Assembly: GCF_009914755.1 (NCBI RefSeq)
Contig: NC_060942.1
Direction: 5' to 3' (one strand)
Source: the human T2T-CHM13v2.0 reference genome, Homo sapiens
DNA length: 64,000 bases
Below are positions 52,664 through 64,000 of the stretch, piece after piece. Positions within the stretch are counted from its first letter, which is position 1; each line of letters opens with the position of its first letter. The notes beneath the pieces were generated by a model. It had not been told where the DNA came from. It made no database searches and saw only the letters and a list, made by a program, of their open reading frames with translations. A program made the translations under genes and the position numbers.

Positions 52664-53579
52664 ACGGATTTGTTTTAATCTCTTATAAAGTATAAATCTT
52701 TCATAAAAATGCCTTCCATTTTTAAAATTTGAGTAAATGACATTAAAAATTCTAAATACTATCATTTAAATTGTTGTCAGTGGCCATATTAGTGTCAATA
52801 TTATTGCCTCCATTATTTAACTGATCTATTTTTGTTGCAGTTTTAGTACTTAAAAATTGCCTCTTGTTTCTGACAGTGAATTATTGTATGGAAACGTGGG
52901 TCTTTTTTCTTTCTGTCTTGCCTCTTCAATCATTACCATCCATTTTCTTATTTCTTTTCTGATTCCAGAGAACATATCCCAGGCTGGTCAGCAGCTGTTC
53001 CTCTTCCTCCTGCCTTCAGGCAGGTCTTGTCTATGTGCATGCTCATTAGCAAACTAACTCTCACCTAATTTAACTCAATCAGCAAGTCAAGGAACATAGA
53101 AACTGAACTGTTTTAGAAGTGAAAGTCATGTTCAAATAACGTTGTTCAATGTTTTGCTAAAGGAAATAAGACACAAGTTATGAAGTGATTTGCGTGCTGT
53201 TTCTTAAAATTGACAATGGGAGGGTTATAACTCAAATTTCTGGGACCTAAAATTATAATTTGGTATTCTTTCCACTATACTGCAGACCTTTGAGCTCCAA
53301 CCTACACAGTCTCTTGACTTAAATTTTATTGTCTTTCCCAGGGCTCCACTGCTACATTTGTTCAATTGTCTATGTTTTTTTGTGTGCTTGTTTTCATTTT
53401 GGTTTGTTCTGCTTGATCCTGACTACACTTAAATTATCTAGGGGTGGGAAGAAGTGACTTGAGGAGCAAGTCCTGGACATCAGTGACCCAATTTGGCCTC
53501 AGTATGATATATTATGTGGTCATCATAAAGGCTGGGGTGCTCCTTTTGGAGTATGTCTCTTTGTATAGTTTCCGTAGTG

Positions 53580-55260
53580 ATTGCTTTAGGTATTAGCATA
53601 TACATGCGTGACCTATCCCAGTCTCATATTCACCACTTTGAGTGAGGTATGGAAATCTCACTTCCATTTAGGGACCTTAACTTCCCAGCTTTTAAATATT
53701 GTAGCCTTGAATATAGTTTTTGCTTCAATCTCAAATGTGATTTATAAATCTCAAATGTCCATGAGGAGGACAGTGGGCCCCCATACTTCTGCTTCTCTTG
53801 TTTCTTTTCCTACCCTGATGACCCAAGATTTATTCTTTTGTCATTTCTTGTGTTCGAATAACTCCCTTTAACTAGAATTTTGCAGTAGGTCTAAAGCTTT
53901 TCTGGTTTTCCTTTATGTGAGGATATTTTTATTTCCTCTTCACACCTGAAATATAGTTTTGCCAGACAGGACTCACAGTTAACGGTTCTTTTCTCTTAGC
54001 AGGTGCCTCTTTCGTCTGATCTTCATATTTTCAGATGAGAAATCTGCTTTTGTTTGAATTGATGTTCCCACATGAGTAATACCTTGTTTCTTTCTGGTTG
54101 ATTTCAAGATTTTTTTCTTTGTCTTTAAATTTCAAAAGTTTAATTATGAAGTGTCTTTACCTGGATTGGAGTTTTCCTTCTTCAGGTTCTCAGCTTCTTG
54201 ATTGGCAGGTATTTGTCGTTCACCAAAGTTGGGAGGTTTGCAGCCTTTAAATACTTTTTTTGGTGCAGCCCCTCCTCCTCCTTTCGAGCTCCAAGATGTG
54301 AGTGATGGGGCTTTTGTCATTGTCCCCATGTTCCCTCGGGCTCTGTGCATTTTGTTCCAGCCGGCTTTTTCTCTCTGCCCCTCTGTTGGGGAATTGTCTT
54401 CTTCCCTCAGGTTTGCTGATGGTATCCTCTGTCATCGCCACTCCATTGTGGAGCCCAGCCAATGATTTTTAAGATTTTTATTGCATTTTTTCAGTTCTGT
54501 AAATTCCATTTGCTTCATTTTTGTAATTTCTGTTCATTTGCTGAGATTGACAAGTTTTCCATTTGTTTCACGAGAGTTTATAATTTATGGTGAAAGCATT
54601 TTTATGATGCCTGCTTTAAAATTCTTGTCGGCTTTCTCCAGCATCTGATTCACCTTGGTGTTAGCATCAGATGACTGTCTTTCCTCATTCATGTTGAGAT
54701 TTTCCTGGTTCTTGGTGTGACAGGTGATTTTCATTGTATCCAGGACATTTTGTCTATTATGTCATGAGACTGTAGGTCATATTTAGATTTTTTTATTTTA
54801 GTAGACGTTTCCCTTGTTTAGATTTAGCATGTGGACCATAGCCTAATGTTATGGGCCATGGTTCCAGTGGTGGTTTAATTTTTTATGCTTTTGTGATATT
54901 TCAGTTTGCTTGTTTGATCTGAGGCTGCTGGAGCTCCCAGTGAACTCTGCTGTGGCTGCCTGAGGGGGCAGAAAGGGGTTCCCTGGCCAGGTCACCAGGT
55001 GTCTGTTGGTGGGGAAGGATGTAGTGGAGTCCCTGGCCTGTGCACCTGGCCACCTTCGTGTCACCTGCAAGGGGAAGAGGGTCTTGGGCCCTCAAGACCA
55101 AGGAGCTTCCCAGGCTAGGCTGCTTGTGGTAACTGGGTCTCTTTTCCACACGGACCTTGGGGTAGGAGTATACTGCTTATTTTTCAACCAGGCACTTGTT
55201 ATTGATGGTTTGGTTAAGTGTTGTTAACTTGTTTGCATGAGAAACCAGGTTTTCCTAGAT
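53580..55260 (-). mobile_element. Old L1M ORF1/5' region, antisense
   Basis: T-rich L1-like text: tttcagatgagaaatctgct...gatttcaagattttttctttgtcttt...tcaccaaagttgggaggtttgcagcc...tgcattttttcagttctgtaaattccattt. Confidence 0.65.
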
Positions 55261-55300
55261 GTCCTTCTCTTTGAACTGTTCCACTCCCTTCCTTCCCCAC

Positions 55301-57580
55301 TGTATTAGTCCGTTTGCACGCTGTTGATAAAGGCATACCCGAGACTGGGAAGAAAAGGAAGTTTAATTTGACTTACAGTCTGGGGAGGTCTCAGAATCTT
55401 ATAAAACTGGCGGGGGTGAAAGGCACTTCTTTCATGGCGGCAGCAAGATAAAACAAGGAAGAAGCAAAAGTGGAAACCCCTGATAAACCCATCAGATTTC
55501 ATGAGACTTAATCACGATCATGAGAATTAGCACAGGAAAGACTGGCCCCCATGATTCAATCACCCCCGCCCCCCTCCAGTCCCTCCCACAACACGTGGGA
55601 ATTCTGGGAGATACAGTTCAAGTTAAGATTTGGATGGGGACACAGCCAAACCATATCATTCCTCCCCTGGGCCCTCCAAATCTCATGTCCTCACATTTCA
55701 AAACCAATCATGCCTTCCCAATGGTCCCGAAAGTCTTATTTCAGCATTAACCCAAAAGGCCACAGTCCAAAGTCTCATCTGAGACAAGGCAAGTCCCTTC
55801 CGCCTATGAGCCTGTAAAATCAAAAGCAAGCTAATTACTTCCTAGATACAATGGGGGTACAGGAATTGGGTAAATACAGCCATTCCAAATGGGAGAAATT
55901 GGCCAAAACAAAGGGGTTACAGGGCCCATTCCAATTCAAAATCCAGTAGCCAAGTTTTAAAGGTCCAAAATGATCTCCTTTGACTCCATGTCTCACATCC
56001 AGGTCATGCTGATGCAAGAGGTGGGTTCCCATGGTCTTGGGCAGCTCTGCCCCTGCCACTTTGCAGGGTATAGCCCCCCTCCTGGCTGCTTTCCTGGGCT
56101 GGTGTTGAGTGTCTGTGGCATTTCCAGGTGCACGGTTCAAGCTGTCAGTGGATCTGCCATTCTGGGGTCTGGAGGATGGTGGTCCTCTTCTCACAGCTCC
56201 GCTAGGTGGTGCCCCAGTGGGGACTCCATGTGGGGGCTCTGACCCCACATTTTCTTTGCACGCTGCCCTAGCAGAGGCTCTCCATGAGGGCCCTGCCCCT
56301 GCAGCAAACTTTTGCCTGGACATGCAGGCATTTCCATACATCTTCTGAAATCTAGGCAGAGGTTCCCAAACCTCAGTTCTTGACTTCTGTGCACTCGCAG
56401 GCTCAACACCACGTGGAAGCTGCCAAGGCTTGGGGTTTTCACCCTCTGAAGCCACAGCCTGAGCTGTACATTGGCCCCTTTCAGCCATGGCTGGAGTGGC
56501 TGGGACACAGGGCACCAAGTCCCTAGGCTGCACACAGCACAGGGACCCTGGCCCCAGCCCACAGAACCATTTTTTGCCTCTGGACCTCCAGGCCTGTGAT
56601 GGGAAGGGCTGCCATGAGGATCTCTGACATGGCCTGGAGACATTTTCCCCATAGGTTTGGGGATTAACATTAGACTGTTTGCTACTTACGCAAATTTCTG
56701 CAGCCAGCTTGAATTTCTCCCAGAAAGTGGGTTTTTCTTTTCTATCATGTAGTCAGGCTGCAAGTTTTCCAAACTTTTGTGCTCTGCTTCCCTTATAAAA
56801 CTGAATACCTTTAACAGTACTCAAGTCATCTCTTGAATGCTTTGCTGCTTAGAAATTTCTTCTGCCAGATACCCTAAATCATTTCTCTCAAGTTCAAAGT
56901 TCCACAAATCTCTAGGGCAGGGGCAAAATGCCAGGAGTCTCTGCTAAAACGTAACAAGAGTCACCTTTACTCCAGTTCTCAACAAGTTCCTCATCTCCAT
57001 CTGAGACCAGCTCAGCTTGGACCTTATTTTCCTTATCGCTGTCAGCATTTTGGGCAAAGCCATTCAACAAGTCTCTAGGAAGTTCCAAACTTTCCCACGT
57101 TTTCCCGTCTTTTTCTGAGCTCTTCAAACTGTTCCAACTCTCTGCCTCTTACCCAGTTCCAAAGTTGCTTCCACATTTTCAGTATCTTTTCAGCAACACC
57201 CCACTCTACTGGTACCAATTTACTGTATTAGTTCATTTTCATGCTGCTGATAAAGACATACCTGAAACTGGGAAGAAAAAGAGGTTTAATCGGACTTGCA
57301 GTTCCACATGGCTGTGGAGGTCTCATAGTCATGGTAGAGGGTGGAAGGCACTTCTTATTACATGGTGGCAGCAAGAGAAAATGAGGAAGAAGCAAAAGTG
57401 GAAACTCCTGATAAACCCATCAGATCTTGTGAGACTTAATCACTGTCATGAGAATAGCACGGGAAAAACTGGCCCCCATGATTCAATTACCTCCCTCTGG
57501 GTCCCTCCCACAACATGTGGGAATTCTGGGAGATACAATTCAAGTTGAGATTTGGATGGGAACACAGACAAACCATATCA
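55301..57580 (-). mobile_element. Full-length THE1 (THE1C/D-like) MaLR retrotransposon: 3' LTR 55301-55658, internal 55659-57223, 5' LTR 57224-57580
   Basis: Two direct repeats of about 357 bp, TGTATTAGT...AAACCATATCA, around a 1.56-kb internal region with THE1-int text (aatgatctcctttgactccatgtctcacatccaggtcatgctgatgcaagaggtggg). Confidence 0.96.
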
Positions 57581-57989
57581 CCTCCCTTTTCACTGTTGTG
57601 ATTTCCAGCATCCCGAGGCCCACTCCCCTTCTCCTCCACCTCCTTCTCACTCCGATTTTACTTTACTAATTTTACTGTCTGAGCCAGTGGATCTACAACC
57701 GCCCTTCCCAGCTTCCCACCAACAGGAGATGTGTGAGGACAATTAGCTCAGTACTAGGAGAAAGTAGAGAGGTGTTCCCCACTCCCTTTCCCCTCTCACC
57801 TTAAATCTGCTCTTCCTCCTCTCCCTCAGCTTCCTGTCTCCTTTTAGGCTATCACTGCCCAAGTGTTGAAGCTGGAGGTTTTAGCTCCATCCCTCAGCCC
57901 TTTCTTTCACTCCCTGCTTTATCTGATCACGTCTAGTCTGCTCAGAGCTGCTCAAATCTGGACTGTTGCCACTGCCTGAGCTCACACCT

Positions 57990-58790
57990 TGATTTCCTTT
58001 GGCTTCATGTATTTTAAAGCTCTGTTGCTTGGTGAGTCCACATTTAAAATTAATGTATTATTTCAGTGAACTGACCCTTTATTTTTATGTAATGTCATTT
58101 CTGTCCCTATTGATTATATTTGCATTTGAGTAAACTTTATTTGAGAATAATATAGCCAATCCTGCTTTAAAAAAAATGTATGTTAGTATGGTATATCTCA
58201 TTTTATCCTTTTACTTTCAAGCTACAAATATCATTATATTCTAAATGAGCTTCTTCTGTGCAGTATATAATTGGTCCACATATTTTTAAATCCTCTTTAA
58301 CAATCTCTGTTATTAAGTTGGTATGTTTAACCACCTGCCCTTAGCATACCTATTGATACGCTAGGTCTTAAGTCTGCCATTTTATTTTTTCGTTTTGTTT
58401 GTTCTGTTTTTCATTTCTCAGTTTTCTTTTTCCTGCCTGCTTGCGGTTTACTTGAACTTTTTCTAGAAGTCAGTTTTCATTTTTGAGTATATCTCTTCTT
58501 AAAACTTTTTTAGTGATTATTCTAGGTTTTATATATATATGTGTGTGTGTGTGTATAAACATTATAAATACATAACTTATCACAGTCTGTTGGTGTCAGC
58601 ATTTTACCAGTTTGAGCAAAGTGTAGAAACTTTGTTTCCATTTGCTCTCCTTGACCATCTCTCATTTATAAAATTATATAGAATAACTACATGCATTGAG
58701 ACCATGTTAGACAGTGTTCTAATTTTTGCTTCAGTCACCAAACATAATTTAGAGAACTCAGGAGGAGACTGTGTGACATATACATACTAA
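57990..58790 (-). mobile_element. Old L1M fragment (ORF2 5' and inter-ORF region), antisense
   Basis: gcttcatgtattttaaagctctgttg...tgaactgacccttatttttatgtaatgtc...aatatagccaatcctgcttt...ttatccttttactttcaa. Confidence 0.7.
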
Positions 58791-59019
58791 GTAGTCGCCT
58801 TGAAGTAACCAGTAACAGGTTTTCTAGTGTTTATTTGATTATTTCTGTCAATGTAGGCTAGTGGTGTAGGCCAACACGCGTTTCCAGAAATGCAGCCCTG
58901 TTGGAGGCGATTACAACAAACATCAATGACTGAATATCCTTTTGCACATCTCCAGTTTTATAATTATTACATATGGCTAATATTATAAAAGTCATCATCA
59001 TAACTGAAACAAACATGCG

Positions 59020-59443
59020 ATATGTTTGTCTGCACAGGCCGCCATAACAAAATGAGGGCCTTAAGCAACAGAAATGTATTGTCTCACAGTTATAGAGGCC
59101 AGAAGTCTGCGATCAAGGTGTTGGTCAGGCCATGCTTCCTCTGAAGTCACTAGGATGGAACAGTTCCAGGCGTCTCTGCTCCTGGTGGGCCCTTGGCTTG
59201 TGGCAGCGTAACTCCAGTCTTCACATGGCATTCTTTGTGTGTGTCTGTATCTGTCCAAATTTTCCTGTCTTTAAAATGACACTAGACATGTTGAATTAGG
59301 GAGCTGCAGTACTCCAGTATGATTTCTTCTTAACTAATTAACATCTACAATGACCCTGTTCCCAAATACAGGTCATTTTCTGAGGTGGTGGGGATTAGAA
59401 CTTTAACACATGAATTTTTGAGGGACACAATCAACCCATGACA
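59020..59443 (-). mobile_element. MLT1 (MLT1B/C-like) MaLR solo LTR
   Basis: gccgccataacaaa...aacagaaatgtattgtctcacagtt...gatcaaggtgttgg...gggacacaatcaacccatgaca. Confidence 0.88.
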
Positions 59444-62400
59444 TATGGCAATTCAATTAATTTATCATAGTATATATAAGTATTCAGATGTATATTCTGA
59501 TAGCTAATATGAAAGGAATTTGTAAGCTCTACAACTGTGCAGATGTGCGATGGACATTATGTCTCCCACCTCGAATCCTGTGTATCCTTCGAAGTAGACG
59601 ATTTTTCTTGGTCCTGTCGTATTAAACAGCTGACCTCACAGCTATTCTGCCCTATGACTTGCTGCTGCTTAAATTCTTCCCATACAGTTCAATAAACGCA
59701 TCTTTGTAGTGAGCATCAAGGTTTCAGCCTTTAGTTTTGAAAAATCTTAATACCCATATAAACCTTAGTATAAAGAGTTAAAAGAAATAACAGGAGGATC
59801 TTCAAATAATGGCATTGTCACTGTTTAATTGGCTGTTTGTTTGAAGATGGCTGTAATGACATCTCACTTTTTCCCCCCAAGTATCAAATTACGCTCGGCA
59901 ACTTTACCTGATTATGTTAATCATGCTAAATATGAAACTGTCTTTCTTTGAGGCATTGGAATTTACAGAAGCTATATTTATGCCTTTCAGTAGCATTCAC
60001 TACAGCTTACATAGTGAAAACTACCAATGATGAAGTAGATTATTTTTTTAAAAATTCTGTAAATTGTTTAGTACCCCACATGGAAGTTGGGGGATGGGGC
60101 ATGAGGGGACACTAATTTGAGATCATCAGAGTTCTTCATGCAATGAAAGTTGTGCATCTCTGATATTATCACTTTAAGTATGGGGTAAATCATTATGACC
60201 TTAGTAACTCCCAAGGTCTATCCTATGTATACAGTACATATAGTGACAATTACAGCTCTCGAGATTCTTCCGCTCATCTCCTTCTTTGCTGTGTCTTTGG
60301 GAGGACAAGAATGAGAAATAGTTTCAAATGAAAATATTAGTGAAATCTTAGTTGATATCGATCTACTGATTTTTATGTACACTGTATAGAACTGCCAGCA
60401 GATTCTGGGACTGTGCCCATTAATACATACTTACGTCATGCAGGATTTTGTCTTAATATGCTCAGTCTTTATGTAAAGCGTAATTCTGAACTCATTTGAG
60501 TAATGTACATTTAGCATAAGCAGAGTTGTAGGCTGGCATTATTAAAATGCATAGAGCTGACATCCTGGGCTTCTGCTGAAATATGCTTTTAATTGAAGCA
60601 GAGTTATGGCGATATATTACCCACGTGAGTCTGATTATAGCTCAGCATTGGCTTGTACAGTAGCTCCTTGCTCCAGAAAACCTTGTAGTAGCCCATATGT
60701 TGTGGTTAGGCATTTAAATATTCTGTAGTATGTATATCTGAATTGTTTGATCGGTGTAATCTAAGCATATGTTATCTTGGGAAAGATGCATCTTGTAGCC
60801 AAGTCGGTTTGAAAATAATTTTTTAGTGATAATTGTATTTACCAGTGATTAAAGGTCATTCATAAAGATATAAGTTGTTTGATCGAAATTCTACTTCTAT
60901 TTGAGCTTTGGGGATTAAAAAACTAGCAGGAATAAAGGCAATATTCATTGAAAGTATCTTTTGTTTATTTTTATAACCTTATGAAATTATAATTCACACT
61001 TTCCATACTAGGTCTAGGGAAAAAATAGCTCATAGAGACCACCATTTCTCTATAGATTACATCTCAGTGTTCAAAAATAGAGCCTAAAGTGATCAGCTTC
61101 AGTGAGTATACTAATGAAACCCTGATTTTTCTCATTTCAACCTGCAAAAGGGGGTCTTTGGGACATGATAATGGGATAACATACAGTATCTGTTTTAGTA
61201 AGTAAAGTTCAGACAAGAAATGGTTGCCTGATACTAATGCATTTGGAAGTCCTTGATAAGATTTCCTTTTCTATTGTATGTTGTTATATTTAATGTTCAC
61301 AGAGATGAACTAGATGGTCATGACAGAGAGGTTTCTCCTCATGCCAATTTATTGTCTCTCGTTCAGCTAACTTAGGAGTTTTCTTTTTTTATTTATGTAT
61401 TTTAATTAACTAAATTTAAAATATTTCCCATGTAAATGTATAATCTGGTCGTAATATTTTCAGTTTATGCTGCTTTTACAAAGATAGATGCTACTGAATT
61501 GTGTGTTTGGGGCTGGTTTTTATGGAAGTAGAGCAGCTTGCATTCTTATTCCATATTGGTTGACCCCAAATGTTGGATAGCCCCCTTGCAGTCAGGAATA
61601 ACCACCCTGTGGAAGTGTGAATCCTGTGATCATTCACTGTTTTCTCATTAGTAGAGTAGTTTACGTGTTCTGTCACATTAAAAGCTTTTTTTAAAGGGAT
61701 GAGTTTATGAGTGTTTACATGCCCCTTTTCCAGTTCATCTTTCTTATGCTGTTATTTACAGCAGTGATGTTTGCTTCTATACGAAGCTCCTTTGTGCTGC
61801 AAGGCGAGGGTTTCTCTGTACAGGTCCAGCCCTGCAGGTTGATCACAGACCTGCGACCTGTAATTCAATAGAGCTGGGCCCTGTTTACAAAGTCCAGATT
61901 TCCTGTGCTGTCAGTTAGGGCAATTGGCACAAAGACCGAGAGCTTTTGGAACTAAATAAACAATGAGAAAAACATTCAAGGCTGCCAATAACCCTTCACA
62001 GGTAATTTAACAGCCTTTGACTACAAGGCATCAGTTGTTGTAGATGTCTGCCGAGTATGAAATCTGACATTCTGCCTTGCCATGTTCTGCCAATAGCTTT
62101 CAGCGTAATCTCTCACTGAGGCCCACTGGAGCCCCTTCGGAGCACTGTGCTTTCACGTGGAGCCTAAGTGGTCCTGTTAAGACAGACATCCACACCTGCA
62201 TTCTGTCACATGTTCGTGTCATGTGGGTTTCCGATATGGAACATCAGATTATTTAAAATTGGTGGATTAACTAAATCGAGAATTTTCCCCTGATCTATGA
62301 GGAAAACATCTCTACTGACAAGTTGAAGCCCTTTGAACTCTTCCAGATAGGCTTACATGCTAATGCATAGGCTTCTGTGTCTCTGAGGAGCAGTATAGGC

Positions 62401-63319
62401 TGGACAGGCAGAAAAGAGAAAAGGATTGCTGTATCCTATGGCATAGACTTTTAACCATTTAGTCAATTGTGATTTTGTTTAAATCTCCATGTTTATGTGT
62501 TTTTAATTTAACTTGTTTGCTTTCTGATGCATTTGATGGCTTTGCTGATGGTCTGGATAATACTTGCAGTAGCTCTTTATATGACTGTTTATGTTTCAAA
62601 GCCAACAAGAAACATCTGTGAGTTAAAATCAAGCAACTTGTATTCATGTAGATCAGCGTCAGCAATGCCTTCCTCTTACCTCAGCAGTCAGATGGTGGTG
62701 AGAGCCTAAAACCAACCAGTCATCAGCGAAGCTGTGCCTGCCTACAAATTCCACACTGCCACCACACACATCCTGGTAAGATGTTTGTATGGAACATCTC
62801 CTCAGAGAAGGGACCATGCAAGCAGGTCACATTCCATGTGAGTTTCCTTCTTGTATGTTTCATGGCGATGTTTAGTAGCCTATCTCACACACGTTTTCAC
62901 ATCAAAGATGGCTCATTTTAAGCCCCTTCTTGACTTTAAGTCTAAACAGATGTTAATAAAGAATAGGAGAGGAAGAAGATTAATCTTATAAGCCTGTGAC
63001 TGAGTGGAAAGTATAGATGTCTCACGTCTTGGCAGGCTCCACAGAAGGTGAGGCAGTAGAGGGAGCAGTGCCTGTTGATCGGCCACCGAAAGTGTTCCTC
63101 ACTGGAGAGTCCCCTCTCTGCGAGATCCCCACAGTCAGAATACGTTCTTCTTCTTTTGATGTTTGTGCCAGTATGACTCGGAGTAAGTTACTAGTTTCAT
63201 TGGCATTTGCCGACTACTTCTGGATCCATGACTCTTACTGTGGTTGCTAGGATTTGGGATTTGATTTTGTGAATTTTCTCTTTATACTTTCTCCATTTTT
63301 ATTGGGGATTTTTAGTACT

Positions 63320-63349
63320 TTTCATGTAAACTTGCAAGTTTACATGAAA
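63320..63349. repeat. Perfect 30-bp palindrome
   Basis: TTTCATGTAAACTTG|CAAGTTTACATGAAA equals its own reverse complement. Confidence 0.97.
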
Positions 63350-63499
63350 TTTGCAATATTACAAATGTTAACATTTTAATGTGGTCTAACTTTCAACTAT
63401 ATATTTAAGATTTATCTATTTTTTTCTGCACTTATGGCACCTTTTGTCTTACAAGGTGCTTTTCATTTTTTATCAAATCAGGTTGTTTAACGTGGAGTC

Positions 63500-64000
63500 C
63501 TGAAAGAGAGGCAGTGCGCCTTTGGGACCTTCACGGATGCATGTAGTCACATTGAATTGAGTGAGAATTTGGTGAAACAGGGGTATGGAATAATGTGACC
63601 AAAGATTTGGATGCGAGAAAATAGCATTCCTTGCGTGGGGGACAGTGGGCAGTCATGTAGCTCTAGAGCTCAGAAGAGAGCAGTGTTGATTGTGGAAGAT
63701 CTTGGAGTCCATGTTAAATGGTCTGGACCTCATCAAATAGGTCGTAAGGAGCCATTCCATGTGTGAAGACATAGAGGGGTAACGTAATTAGATATTGATT
63801 TTGGAAGATGATACTACTGTGATTAAGAAAGATTCAGAAAGACAAAGATGGAGGCAAGCATTCATTAAGAGGTGATGGAAATAAAAAATGGTGTTGATTG
63901 TGAACATTTTTAGAGACCAACTACAAGAGGCAGCACACTGTGTATGGAGCATGAGGAAGACGGGTTGCAGATGACTTCCAGATGTATGGCTTAATGATTG
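63500..64000 (-). mobile_element. L2 remnant
   Basis: ggaagatcttggagtccatgttaaatggtctggacctcatc...gggagccatt...ggaagatgatact...gatgacttccagatgtatggctt resembles antisense L2. Confidence 0.55.

Overview
Primate (human-like) genomic DNA, AT-rich and almost entirely intronic. It holds one convincing coding exon (5915-6093, + strand) encoding C2H2 zinc-finger sequence that I recognise from memory as a 3' exon of ZNF407; read-through of its donor gives a short alternative C-terminus (GKGQKL*). The rest is interspersed repeats (five Alus, several old L1 fragments, a MER4-group solo LTR, a full-length THE1 MaLR element, an MLT1 LTR, MIR/L2 remnants, an ancient CR1 reverse-transcriptase fossil) and three tandem repeats. 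The most unusual signals are in the tandem repeats: a 21-unit (GT)n-containing minisatellite with a tRNA-type B-box core and splice-donor motifs, and a 26-unit 36-bp minisatellite with eight AP-1 sites next to a duplicated near-ERE. There are also two perfect inverted repeats. I found no prokaryotic-type system, CRISPR array or new protein-coding gene; the long ORFs in the track are repeat artefacts. Repeat subfamily names are from memory of consensus sequences, and all regulatory claims are motif-level hypotheses.
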